This document shows positions 10,140 through 20,961 of a stretch of DNA of 64,000 bases, piece after piece (within the stretch, counting starts at the first letter, position 1; each line of letters begins with the position of its first letter). Both the position numbers and the translations under genes were made by a program. Source of the DNA: a candidate division WOR-3 bacterium (GTDB taxonomy: Bacteria; Hydrothermota; 32-111). Below the pieces are notes generated by a model. The model was not told the origin of the DNA. It did no database searches and saw only the letters and a program-made list of their open reading frames with translations. The DNA lies in contig JBBFKX010000003.1 of the NCBI GenBank assembly GCA_037481815.1, positions 96,001 through 160,000 on the forward strand, in the 5' to 3' direction.

Positions 10140-10191
10140 AAAAAATCTCCTTTTTAGAAGGTAAATATATCATATATAAAAAATTTTTCAA

Positions 10192-13100
10192 CTATGTTTC
10201 TTTTAACTCCTCTAACCTTAAGAAGTTTAAATAGTTTTTAAATCTTTCATACAACTTGTTATATATTTCAAACGCTCTGGCTCTAAAATCTTCTCTTCCA
10301 GTTTTTTTGAACAAAGCAAAATATATTTCACCTTTTATGTTTTCTTCATCATATTTCACAAGCAAGTTGTTACATTGTTTAACAAAATCGTTTTCATCTT
10401 CACAGGTATATGTAAGTTTTAAAAGATAATACTTTACATAATTTTCTGCATACTCTTTTCTATCCTTAAAGAAGTTAAGTCCCTCATCTAAAAGTTTCAA
10501 ACCATTTTCTATCTCGTCTTTTTTAACAAAAATTTCTCCTTTTAAAAGTATAGCACTATAGTAATATTGAGTTAATTTTATTTCATTCAAAATTTCAATA
10601 GATTTTTCAATATGTTTCAAAGATTCTTCAAGAAGATTCCGGAGGAGAAAACTATGTGAAATATAAAAATGGTTCAAGGCAATTCCTTTTTTTTCGTTAA
10701 TCTTTTCAGATATTCTCAAACTCTCTTCAAGATAAGAATGCGCAACATCAAAATCTCCAAGTAAAGCGTATAATTGACCAAGATTCGATAATACAGTTCT
10801 TTTCCCTAATCTATCGTTCAACTGATCTGCTAACTGCAAGGATTCCTTATAGAACTCACTTTCAGAAGCATAATCACCTTTTATATTTGCGATTCCTCCA
10901 AGATTGTTTAAAACTATTCTTATACTTTTTCGATCGTTCAACTCTCTTGAAATTTTAAGTTGTTTCAGAAAAAAATCTTCCGCCTTATGATATTCCTTCA
11001 TAGAATAATATAAAGCTCCAAGATTACCATAAAGATAAGATAGAGAAGATTTCGAATTCACATTTTTTAATATCTTTTCTGATTCAAGATATTTTGAAAG
11101 TGCAATATCAAATTCTCCTTTCATCCAGTAGATCAAACCAAGATTTCCATAGACAGAACTTAAAGTCAAAAGAATGTTATTCTCTTGTGCTATTTCTATA
11201 ACATGTTCATAATTTTTTATTGCTTCATCATAATCTCCCATATCTTTCGCAATATTCCCTTTTGTTAAAAAAATGTTAGCATAGGTTTCAGGATCATTCT
11301 CCTTGTCGACAAACTCTCTTGTTTTCTCACAATACTCGATTGCCTTTTTAAATTCATTCTTTCTCCAGCATATCTGAGCTTTTATACTTAAAATATCAGC
11401 AAGTTCATTTTTGTTGTTAAACCTCTCAAAAACTTCATAGGATCTATCAAGATATTCCTGACATTCATCATAGAATCCCATCTGAAAAAGAAGATCACCA
11501 TAATCTTTTAGAATTTTAGATTTTAACTCATCATCAGGATATTCTACGATTTCGCTTAAGAGTTGTTCATAATCATTTTTCACCTCCTGCCACATTCCCA
11601 GTATAAATTTTACTCTATAAAGGTTTGATTTTATAAAAATTTTTTCTGATGATTTCTGAGCATAGTTTAAAGATTTTTCAAAAAATTTTAAACTATCCAG
11701 CAACCGAAATTTTTTGTGGGCGTAATTTCCCGATTTTATAAAAAATTCTTTTGCTTTTTCATAGTTTTCACCTCTTTCATAATGAAACGCTATATCACTA
11801 AATCTTTCCTCATCTTTAAAAAAGAGTTGTTCCATCACCATAGCAACCAGATTGTGATACTCTTTAAGTTTTTTCTTAAGAATCATGTTATAAACCGAAT
11901 CCCTTATAAGAGAATGTTTGAATATCAATTTTAGTTCATTAAGTTTTAAAAGAATATTTTCTCTTTCAATCTCTTTTATTTTATTTTCGAATTTGAAACT
12001 CTTTTTAGAATCTCATTTTCGATTTCATAACCTATTACAGATGATTTTTCTATCAAACTTTTCAATTCTTGATTCAATCTATCGATCCTCGCTATGATTA
12101 TTGAACTTATGGTTGATGGAATATTTTTCACCTCTCCAGTTAAAACATTTTTACCATTCCCATTTTTTATATAATCGTTTTCAAGAAGATAGATTGAAAA
12201 CTGTTCAACGAAGAAGGGATTACCTTCTGTTCTTTCAAAAATAAATTTGACTGTTTCTTCAGAAGGTGAAAATATCAATTGATTCTCTATATAATTTTTG
12301 CAACTCTCATAATCGAAATTTTTGAGTTCTATGATTTCAAGTGAAAAGTGCTGATCGAAATTTAACAATTTTTTGCTTCCATCAGACAGATATCTTGATG
12401 ATAATATTATAGAAAAAGGATAGTTCGAAACCTCTCTTGAAAGGATCTCAAAGAATTGATCACTTCTCTCATCCTGAAACTGCAAATCATCAACAAGGAT
12501 GACCACAGGTTTAATATCGCCCAGAAATATTATAAACTCCTTCAGTGAAAAGAATATACTCTCCTCGATCTGTTTTTTGTTGAATCTATAAAGTGGAGAA
12601 TCTTCGCTGGCAATGTTCAACAAAAATTTAAAAATTTCTTTAGAACTCTCTTTTAAAATCCCATTAAAATCTTTTCTTCTGTACTCTTCGAAGATCACAT
12701 CAAAATTTTTTAAATTCTCTTCCCTTGAGAGAGATCCGTCCTGTTTAAAAAAATCAAACAAAAATTTTTTTACAGATGAAAATTCTTCATTATCAAGGTT
12801 CTCATTTTTAAAAACTAAAAACTGAAAAAGATCTTTATTCCTTGAGATGATCTCAAAAATGATTCTTGTTTTTCCAACTCCAGCATCCCCAAAGATATAT
12901 ATCCCACCACCATTCTTTCCATCAATAAGTTTTTTCAATATATTTTCAATAATCTTTATTTCATTTTCTCTTCCAACAATTTCATTTTCGAAATAGATTT
13001 TTTCTTCAAAAATTTTTTCATTTAAAACTTTAAAAATTTTTTCCTGTTGACTTTTACCTTTCAGAAGTTTTTCCTTTTTAAATACGGTTTTAAATTTTGT

Positions 13101-14192
13101 TCCAATAAGTTTTTCAGTTAACTCATCAATACAGAGTTCCCCAAGATCGCTCTCAACCATGATTCTCGCTGAAACATTTACTCTATCGCCCAATACAGTG
13201 TATGTCGACCTCAGTTTAGAACCGACGTACCCAGCATAAACTTTTCCATAAGTCAATCCACATTTGATCTGGTTTCTATAAGGATCAAGTTTTTTGTCAT
13301 AAAAAAGATTTATCCCTCTTAAAAGGTCATTTTCAAAACTTTTTGGTGCTCCAAATATTATAAAAACTTTACCTCCCTTATCCCCAAAATCGATTAAATT
13401 AAAATAACCTCTATACTGCATGGTGAGTTCAAAAAGAGTGAGAAAAAATTCTTCATAATCCTTCTCTTCAAGTTTATCGAATGATACGAATAAAGATGCT
13501 ACATCCCTGAATTCTCCGATAAATTCTGTTGGGAGTTCTACAGTTGAGAATCTTTTCATCTCTTTTTCATCAAAATTTTTTCTTTCAAAATCCATGTTAG
13601 AGTTTAAAATTTTTTCTCTGTTTAAATACCTGTAACCATTCTCAAAATGTATAAAAAGATTTTCATCAAAAAATTTTTTTGCTTCATATGAAAAATACGA
13701 ATCGTTTTCTCCACAAAGTTTTTCCATCTGTGCAGCAACATTGATTGGATTTCCTTTAAAAAAGTAAATTTTTTTATCCTTTCCCAAAATCGACCATTCA
13801 ACATCTCCAAATGAGACTCCTATTTTTACTGATAAAATGAAATCTCCGTTCAATGTTTGTATTTTACCGTTATCGTTTGAAAATTTTAAAATCGAACCTA
13901 TAATCAGAAGTAAATTTTCTTTTTTATCTTTTTTTAATATTCCAGTAAATGCGTCCCCAGCAAAATTTAAAACATCTCCACCATATTGGTAAACAATTTT
14001 AATCAGTTCACCAAAGAAAAAATTTATTATGTCTGAAAGTGTTTCACTCCCTTTAACATCGTCTCTCATGAGATTTTCTGTCAGTCCTGTAAAACCTTTT
14101 ATATCTACAAAAAAAACAAAAAATTCATCACTCCCTTTAAAACTCTGTTTTTCTATTTTTTCAAGGACTATATCAGGTACTACTTTAAACAT
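10192..14192 (-). pseudogene. Adenylate/guanylate cyclase-AAA ATPase-TPR protein, split by one frameshift near 11976-12012
   Basis: The 5' ORF has FVDIKGFT/FAGDAF, FGDKG, GDRVNVSAR, Walker A GDAGVGKT, DDLQ and GNPFFVE. The 3' ORF starts at the family motif FKHSLIRD and continues into TPRs. The two frames overlap by about 40 nt. Confidence 0.8.
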
Positions 14193-14195
14193 ATG

Positions 14196-14225
14196 AAAAA
14201 AAAAGGGGTATCAAACGATACCCCT
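14196..14225 (-). terminator. Intrinsic terminator
   Basis: GGGGTATC-GTTT-GATACCCC hairpin followed by T9 on the minus strand. Confidence 0.85.
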
Positions 14226-14247
14226 CAAAACTTTCAACTGAAGCAAA

Positions 14248-14325
14248 CTATTTTTTCTTCGTTGATTTTTTTGGTGCTTCTTTTTTCGTTGTTTTTTTTG
14301 CACAACCTGCTTTTTTTGTTGCCAC
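14248..14325 (-). CDS. Lys-rich microprotein MATKKAGCAKKTTKKEAPKKSTKKK (25 aa; 46 aa if started at ATG 14388)
   Basis: AGGAGG SD, then GTG and an open frame to TAG. Flanked by a sigma70 promoter and a terminator. Absent from the ORF track. Confidence 0.7.
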   Translation of the reverse strand: MATKKAGCAKKTTKKEAPKKSTKKK

Positions 14326-14453
14326 TTTTCCTCCTTTTGTGACTTTTGGTTTCTCTTTAACAAGAATTTGATCAAAAAAATCAAACATACAAAAACCTTT
14401 CAACTCTATAAAATTTTAACTGATGGGAATTTTTTTTAGATTCCATTGATTTT

Positions 14454-14482
14454 ATTATATACAATCAAGATACAAAAGTCAA
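14454..14482 (-). promoter_or_regulatory. Sigma70-type promoter
   Basis: TTGACT-N17-TATAAT on the minus strand. Confidence 0.75.
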
Positions 14483-15813
14483 GAGTTTAAATTATATTTT
14501 TTCATTTTATATCTTATAACCCTTTCAGATGTCTTCAAAACCTTTGCAGCTTCTTTCACAGAGTTGTTGCTTTTTTTAAGAGCATCGAGAATGATATTTT
14601 TTTCAAAATTTGACACCATCTCGTCGAATGAACCATAAAATTCAAGATTTTTTTTGGTTTCCATATTTTCAATAACAATATCACTTTCCTGAATTTTTTC
14701 ACCTGTTCCCAAAATTACAGCTCTCTGGATAATGTTCTGCAACTCTCTTACATTTCCAGGATATGAATAGTTAAAAAGTTTTTCCAGAGCACTTTTTGAA
14801 AAATCTTTAAACTTTTTATTATTCTCCTTTGAATATTTTTGTAAAAAAAAGTAAGATAACTTCTCTATATCCTCTTTTCTTTCCCTTAAAGGCGGAATCT
14901 TTAATGTGATCACATTCAATCTGAAAAAAAGATCCTCTCTAAACTTCTTTTCTTCTATCAATTTTACAAGGTCTCTATTTGTTGCGGAAATAACTCTGAC
15001 ATCAACTTTAATCTTTTCATTTCCTCCAACCCTTTCAAACTCTCTTTCCTGCAAAACTCTCAAAAGTTTTACCTGCATATTGAGAGAGATATCACCGACC
15101 TCATCAAGGAATACTGTTCCCTTATGTGCAATTTCAAACCTTCCCTTTCTCCTTTCATAAGCACCGGTAAAGGCGCCTTTTTCATAACCAAAAAGTTCTG
15201 ATTCAAGTAGATTCTCATTTAACGCACCACAGTTTACAGCCACAAACAGTTTATTTTTTCTACTACTGAAAGAGTGTATCATTTTTGCGATCTGCTCTTT
15301 TCCAGTCCCACTTTCACCTATTATAAGGATATTCGCATTTGAGTTTGCTACCTTTTTTACATTCTCGATCAACTCCCTCATTTTTTCCGATTCATAAACG
15401 AATTCAAAAATTTCTTCCTTTTCTTTAAGAATTTTGTTTTCGTCCTCAACATCGATTATCCGTTCAATTTTTTTAATCTTTATCTGAAGATCATCCAGAT
15501 TTATAGGTTTTTGAATGTAATCGTAACCACCATTCTTTAGAATGTAAACCGAATCCTCGATCGACGAATATGCTGTAATAAGGATAAAAAATGTTTTTAT
15601 TTTATTCTCATTTATAAAATCGAGTATCTCCTTTCCATTTCCATCCCCAAGTTTCATATCTGACATGACTATATCATAACTTTTCCTGTTAAGAAGTTCT
15701 TTAGCATTTTTAACAGATTCAGTTTCGCTTACACTGTAACCAAGACCTTTCAAAAAATCAGATAAATTTTTTCTCTGAATCTTTTCATCTTCTATGAGTA
15801 ATATTTCAACCAT
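14479..15813 (-). CDS. NtrC-family sigma54-dependent response regulator
   Basis: Receiver domain, GESGTGKE, ESELFGYEKGAFTGA, LDEVGD, YPGNVRELQN and a Fis-type HTH. Confidence 0.95.
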   Translation of the reverse strand: MVEILLIEDEKIQRKNLSDFLKGLGYSVSETESVKNAKELLNRKSYDIVMSDMKLGDGNGKEILDFINENKIKTFFILITAYSSIEDSVYILKNGGYDYIQKPINLDDLQIKIKKIERIIDVEDENKILKEKEEIFEFVYESEKMRELIENVKKVANSNANILIIGESGTGKEQIAKMIHSFSSRKNKLFVAVNCGALNENLLESELFGYEKGAFTGAYERRKGRFEIAHKGTVFLDEVGDISLNMQVKLLRVLQEREFERVGGNEKIKVDVRVISATNRDLVKLIEEKKFREDLFFRLNVITLKIPPLRERKEDIEKLSYFFLQKYSKENNKKFKDFSKSALEKLFNYSYPGNVRELQNIIQRAVILGTGEKIQESDIVIENMETKKNLEFYGSFDEMVSNFEKNIILDALKKSNNSVKEAAKVLKTSERVIRYKMKKYNLNS

Positions 15814-17608
15814 TTTTAATTTCCTCCATCACTATTTTAACATTTGTTCCTTCTCCTTTTTTTGATTCAACAATTATATTTCCATTGTGATCTTCTATTA
15901 TTCTTTTTGCAGTTGATAATCCAATACCTGAACCATTTTCCTTTGTGGTATAAAAAAGATCAAAAATTTTTTTACTTTCCTGTTCATCCATTCCTTTTCC
16001 ATAATCTTTAATCTGAACCCAAATTTTCCCTTCAAATGAATCAACTATTATATCCAATTTTCCATACTCAAAAGATGCTTCTATTCCATTAAGAATTATG
16101 TTTTTAAATGCTATGTTAAGCATCTCTTTATCACCTGATAAAAATTTATCACCGTCGTTCAAAAAAATTTTTGCTTCAATCTTTTTTTCATCCAAAAAAA
16201 TTTTCAACGATTTTACAACATCTTCTAAAATCTCCTTTAACGAAACTTTTTCAAATTTATAGTTATAAGGTTTTGAAAACCTTGTGAACTCAATTATTTT
16301 TTTATTCATCCGTTCAACCTCATCGAAAGCATCCTTTAACATACTCTTCTCTTCAACATCTAAAAAATCTCTTTTCATCATCCTTTGCAAAATTATTGAG
16401 ATCCCATTTAAAGGATTTTTCAACTCGTGGGAAATACTATATGAAAGTTCTCCGAGTTTGGATTGGAACTCCATTCTCTTTTTATCCTCCTTCAACTTTT
16501 CAAATTCTGTTATATCCCTTATATATAAAACGAGTTTTTTGTTATCCGATGTTTTTGTTGAGGAAATAAGAAATTTATAATCCTCATAAGAAACCTGAAA
16601 ATTCTTAACCTCTTTAAAATTTTCAACTATGTTCTTTATCTGTTGAATTTCAAGCGGTGAAAATTTATAAACCTTTTCAAACTTTCCATCAAAATCTTCA
16701 AGAATATTTTTTTCAGGATTTTCAATAAAAATGAACTCGTCAAGTAAAGATAAAATTTTAATTTTTTCACTACTCTCTTCTATCAGTTTTTGTGAAAGGA
16801 TAATGTTCTTCGTATAGATTGAAAGAATGAGAATCACTAAAAAATACAGCGAAATTGTAAATAAAAGAATTGTCAAAAAGTTTGTTAAACTGCTTTTTTT
16901 CGATTTTTCTAAATCATCCATTCCAAATCCAATCCTCATGATCAAATTTTCATCAACAGATGGTTTTATGATTTCAAAAATTTTTTTTCCTTTAAAAGCG
17001 GTTACCCTGAAAGTATCAACCTTTTCCATGAAGGAATACATTATCAAGGAATCAAAAAAAATACTCTTAAACTCCTTAACGTTGGATGAGGCATAAAAAA
17101 TCCCAAAGTTATCCTGAAAGACGATATACTCTATTTCCGGTAGGGCAGAAAGATCATCAAGATATTTTTTTAGTCCACCTTTTTTGGAAAGGGTTTTAAA
17201 ACTTTCTTTAGATTTTGCGATTCTAACAATATTTTTCCCATCTTTATATATTACAACAAACGAATCTCTGTTCGCTCTTTCAGAAAAAGAAAAACCTTCA
17301 CTTTCAACCTTTTCGTCAAGATCTATATCAGCACTATTTTGTGAAAAATAGATTGTATATTTTTTATCGATTTCTGAAAACATTTCATTATAAATAAATC
17401 TTTCTATCTCAACCATGTTTGAAGAAACATTTTTATATGTCCCATCGATTATTTTGGCAATCACTTGTGATCTATTCAAAAACTCTTTTTCAAAAGATCT
17501 TTTTTTCGATATATATTCATAATATTGCATCGATAAGATTAAAACAAATATCAGAAAGGTTAAAAGTGATTGAAGTTTACCTCTTTTTACAAAACTTTTT
17601 AAATTCAT
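15806..17608 (-). CDS. Membrane sensor histidine kinase
   Basis: Two TM segments, SHELKNPL, NGIEA, DYGKGM, FYTTK, GIGL. Coupled to the NtrC gene. Confidence 0.92.
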   Translation of the reverse strand: MNLKSFVKRGKLQSLLTFLIFVLILSMQYYEYISKKRSFEKEFLNRSQVIAKIIDGTYKNVSSNMVEIERFIYNEMFSEIDKKYTIYFSQNSADIDLDEKVESEGFSFSERANRDSFVVIYKDGKNIVRIAKSKESFKTLSKKGGLKKYLDDLSALPEIEYIVFQDNFGIFYASSNVKEFKSIFFDSLIMYSFMEKVDTFRVTAFKGKKIFEIIKPSVDENLIMRIGFGMDDLEKSKKSSLTNFLTILLFTISLYFLVILILSIYTKNIILSQKLIEESSEKIKILSLLDEFIFIENPEKNILEDFDGKFEKVYKFSPLEIQQIKNIVENFKEVKNFQVSYEDYKFLISSTKTSDNKKLVLYIRDITEFEKLKEDKKRMEFQSKLGELSYSISHELKNPLNGISIILQRMMKRDFLDVEEKSMLKDAFDEVERMNKKIIEFTRFSKPYNYKFEKVSLKEILEDVVKSLKIFLDEKKIEAKIFLNDGDKFLSGDKEMLNIAFKNIILNGIEASFEYGKLDIIVDSFEGKIWVQIKDYGKGMDEQESKKIFDLFYTTKENGSGIGLSTAKRIIEDHNGNIIVESKKGEGTNVKIVMEEIKNG

Positions 17609-17617
17609 AATTGTTGA

Positions 17618-17646
17618 TTGACTTAAAGCGTTATTTTATATACAAT
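17618..17646 (+). promoter_or_regulatory. Sigma70-type promoter for the fba operon
   Basis: TTGACT-N17-TACAAT. Confidence 0.6.
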
Positions 17647-17690
17647 ATTATAATGTGAAAAAAAAATAAATCAAATAGAAAGGAGTTGGT

Positions 17691-18743
17691 ATGGATTTCT
17701 CAAAATACAAAAATGATATCATCATAAAAAAATTGGGGAGTAGATCCAACATTAACCTTATTTCAAGCAAAGAAATGTTTTCGAAAATCAAAGATATTCC
17801 AGTAATAATTATGGCGTGTAATATCAGAATAAAACATGTGGTTCCAGGTATTATGAAAGCAAGTGAGGAGTTGAACTCGATAATGGGTTTTGAACTTGCA
17901 AAATCTGAAGGCGATCTTTCCGGTGGATACACAGGTCAAACTCCTGAAGATTTCGTTAACATGATCCTTGATTATGCAGACAAATATAAATATTCGATGC
18001 CTTTTTTCATTCACGCTGATCATATAACAGTTAAAGATACGAGTGAAAAAAGCATAGAGGGAGCAAAAAAACTTATAGATGCTCAGATAAAAGCAGGTTT
18101 TACTTCATTTGCAATTGACGCTTCATTCAATGAGATTCCAGACAACATTAAGATAACAACATACCTTGCAAAACAGATTATCGAAAATGGTTTTGGACTT
18201 GAAACTGAAGTTGGAGAAGTAAAGTCAACAGGTCAGGAAGCTGAAATCACGACAGTTGAAGAGGCGGTTGAATACATTGAAGGACTATTGAAGAACAATG
18301 TTTTTCCACAACTACTTGCAATAAACAATGGATCAAAGCATGGAAACTATAAACCCGGGGAAGAGGTACATATAGATTTAAAAAGAACTCTCGATATTTA
18401 CAATGCGATAAAAAAACATAATGTCTGTATTGCACAGCATGGAATAACGGGAACACCTTTGAACATAATCGGTCAGTTCGCTGATTGTGGAATAAGAAAA
18501 GGTAATGTTGGAACAGAATGGCAAAATATAGCACATAGAAACCTTCCATCAGACCTTATGGATAAAATGAAAAACTGGGCTGAAAACAATGGTAAAGATA
18601 TAAAATTTGCAACAAAAGAGTTCAAAAATGAAATCGATTCCATTTCTTCAGAATATTCACAGAAGATAATGGACGAGGCATATTTAAAAGCAAAAGAGTT
18701 CATCATCGCATTTAGAAGTAAAGACAGCGCAAACCTGTTATAA
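17691..18743 (+). CDS. fba: Class II fructose-bisphosphate aldolase
   Basis: HADH, AIDAS, ETEVG, NGSKHG, QHGITG, KGNVGT. Confidence 0.88.
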   Translation: MDFSKYKNDIIIKKLGSRSNINLISSKEMFSKIKDIPVIIMACNIRIKHVVPGIMKASEELNSIMGFELAKSEGDLSGGYTGQTPEDFVNMILDYADKYKYSMPFFIHADHITVKDTSEKSIEGAKKLIDAQIKAGFTSFAIDASFNEIPDNIKITTYLAKQIIENGFGLETEVGEVKSTGQEAEITTVEEAVEYIEGLLKNNVFPQLLAINNGSKHGNYKPGEEVHIDLKRTLDIYNAIKKHNVCIAQHGITGTPLNIIGQFADCGIRKGNVGTEWQNIAHRNLPSDLMDKMKNWAENNGKDIKFATKEFKNEIDSISSEYSQKIMDEAYLKAKEFIIAFRSKDSANLL

Positions 18744-18750
18744 AAAAACT

Positions 18751-19902
18751 ATGAAAACGGTTGATCAATTACTCGCAGAAGAAAAACAGATACTGGCTCC
18801 CTATGCTGTTCTATCATCGGAATCAAAAGGAAGAAAGTATGATATTGGGCAATCAAGACATAGAACGCCTTTCCAAAGAGACAGGGATAGGATCATACAT
18901 TCTCAAGCGTTCAGACGCCTTGAATACAAAACTCAGGTATTCGTAAACCATGAAGGTGATTATTATCGAACAAGGTTAACACATACGATCGAGGTTGCCC
19001 AGATCGCAAAATCGATCGCAAAATCTTTAAGGTTAAATGAGGACCTTGCTGAAGCCATATCTCTTGCACACGATATAGGTCATACTCCCTTCGGTCATGC
19101 TGGAGAAAAAGCACTACATGAAATAATGGAAGATTTTGGTGGTTTTGAACACAATTCCCAATCCTTAAGGGTTGTTGATTTTCTTGAGGAGAGATATAAC
19201 GATTACAGAGGTTTGAATTTGACATGGGAAGTGAGAGAGGGAATAATAAAACATCATACAAGTTATGACAATCCGAATTCATCACTACTAAAAGAATTTC
19301 TTCCTGATAAAACAAGTTCTCTTGAAGCACAGATAGTGAATGTTGCCGATGAGATAGCTTACAACAACCATGATATTGACGATGGGCTCGAATCCGAACT
19401 CATAAGTGTAAAAGATCTTCTCGATATACAACTTTTCAGAGAATGTTATAACAAGTTTTATAAAAAGATAAAAAATGAAAAGATTCTAAGATACGAAATC
19501 GTAAGAGAACTTATCGGAGAACAGATCAACGATGTTATAACTACATCTCTTGAAAACATAAAAAAAAGAAACATAAAAACACTTGAAGATGTTCGAAACT
19601 CTCCAATACTGATAGATTATTCTGAAGAGATGAAAAGAAAAAACAGAGAGTTAAAGACCTTTCTCTATGAAAATCTTTACAAACATTATAAGGTTCTAAA
19701 GATGCAACATAAAGCGGAAAGGTATGTGAAAAAGCTTTTTGAGGCGTATATTGAGGATGTAAAACAACTACCTCCAAAATTTGTTGAACAGATCGAAACT
19801 GAAGGAAAAGAAAGGGTTATCTGCGATTACATCGCTGGTATGACTGACAGATACGCACAGGATGAATTTGCGAGATTATTCCTTCCATATGAAAGAATGT
19901 GA
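18751..19902 (+). CDS. dgt: dGTP triphosphohydrolase (HD family)
   Basis: FQRDRDRI, FRRLEYKTQV, RTRLTHT, HDIGHTPFGHAGE, DYIAGMTD. Confidence 0.95.
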   Translation: MKTVDQLLAEEKQILAPYAVLSSESKGRKYDIGQSRHRTPFQRDRDRIIHSQAFRRLEYKTQVFVNHEGDYYRTRLTHTIEVAQIAKSIAKSLRLNEDLAEAISLAHDIGHTPFGHAGEKALHEIMEDFGGFEHNSQSLRVVDFLEERYNDYRGLNLTWEVREGIIKHHTSYDNPNSSLLKEFLPDKTSSLEAQIVNVADEIAYNNHDIDDGLESELISVKDLLDIQLFRECYNKFYKKIKNEKILRYEIVRELIGEQINDVITTSLENIKKRNIKTLEDVRNSPILIDYSEEMKRKNRELKTFLYENLYKHYKVLKMQHKAERYVKKLFEAYIEDVKQLPPKFVEQIETEGKERVICDYIAGMTDRYAQDEFARLFLPYERM

Positions 19903-20327
19903 TGTTGCGAAAAATTAAAAATGAAATAAGAAATCTAATTTACTCAAACCTTTCCGCAGATGAGATTGCCAACGGTTTTGCCATCGGTGTTTTTATAGGT
20001 TTTTTACCACTTTATGGATTTCAGACATTGCTTTCACTTCTTGCGGCTTTTCTGTTCAAAAATGTAAATAAACTTGCACTCATCATAGCTACACAACTGT
20101 TTTTGCCTCCAGTGATTCCAGTTGTCATTTTTTTAAACTATCTGATCGGCTCTTTAATACTTTACAGAAAAATTTTTTTTCTGAAAGTAGCATCACTTGA
20201 GGATATAATAACCTATATAAAACCGATCTTTCTCGGATCAATATTTGTAGGATTATTTTTTGCGTTTTTATCAAAATACATTTTAAAGTTTTTAATAGTC
20301 AATCTCAGGAGAAAAAATGAAAAATGA
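19899..20327 (+). CDS. DUF2062-like membrane protein
   Basis: IANGFAIGVFIGFLPLYGFQT pattern and hydrophobic segments. Confidence 0.75.
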   Translation: MMLRKIKNEIRNLIYSNLSADEIANGFAIGVFIGFLPLYGFQTLLSLLAAFLFKNVNKLALIIATQLFLPPVIPVVIFLNYLIGSLILYRKIFFLKVASLEDIITYIKPIFLGSIFVGLFFAFLSKYILKFLIVNLRRKNEK

Positions 20328-20961
20328 TAACAGAGAGGAAATCTTTAAATTGATCGATCAGGAAAAGAAAAAGGAAAATTATTTAAAAGTCCTGTCACTC
20401 TATGGAGAACTTTTAAAAGACAATGTTTACGATTTTAACCTGTACGCTTCTATGGCAAAAATATATTATCTTCTTGGGGATTATGATGCGAGTGTAAGGT
20501 TTAACCTGATCGCAGTCCATCTTTCATTACTTGAGTCAGAGGATATTTTAAAAACCGATTCAACTGTTGCAAAAGAGATGGTTGAGATGATCAAGAATTT
20601 AAAGGAGTTAACTGACGACTTAAAAAAAATTGATAAAATTTTAAAAAATCTTATTTTCTGTGAACCAACGGTTACACATCTTGGGCATTCCCTTTTAGAT
20701 TCTGGAATTGATAATGAATACAAACTTCTCTATACAAAACTTCTTAAAGGTGAAGCAATCGATTTGAACGAAAAATATAAAAAAAGTGAAATGGAATTAT
20801 ACTATCCGTTTGGAATACTTTTTTCAGCTATCATTCTTGAAACCCGACTGAAAAAAGAAGAAATCGTTGAATACTATCTATCCTACGATTCCTCAACGAT
20901 GAGAACGGTTTATGAAAAAGTTTTAGAACTTTATGAAAATTACAAATTTGATCAAACTTGA
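20317..20961 (+). CDS. Hypothetical protein with an N-terminal TPR-like repeat
   Basis: MAKIYYLLGDYDAS TPR-like helix pair. Coupled in the operon. Confidence 0.6.
   Translation: MKNDNREEIFKLIDQEKKKENYLKVLSLYGELLKDNVYDFNLYASMAKIYYLLGDYDASVRFNLIAVHLSLLESEDILKTDSTVAKEMVEMIKNLKELTDDLKKIDKILKNLIFCEPTVTHLGHSLLDSGIDNEYKLLYTKLLKGEAIDLNEKYKKSEMELYYPFGILFSAIILETRLKKEEIVEYYLSYDSSTMRTVYEKVLELYENYKFDQT

Noticed and set aside
18751..19902. dGTPase as an anti-phage defence gene
   Set aside because: It is the short housekeeping-type Dgt in an operon with fba, with no defence-island context.
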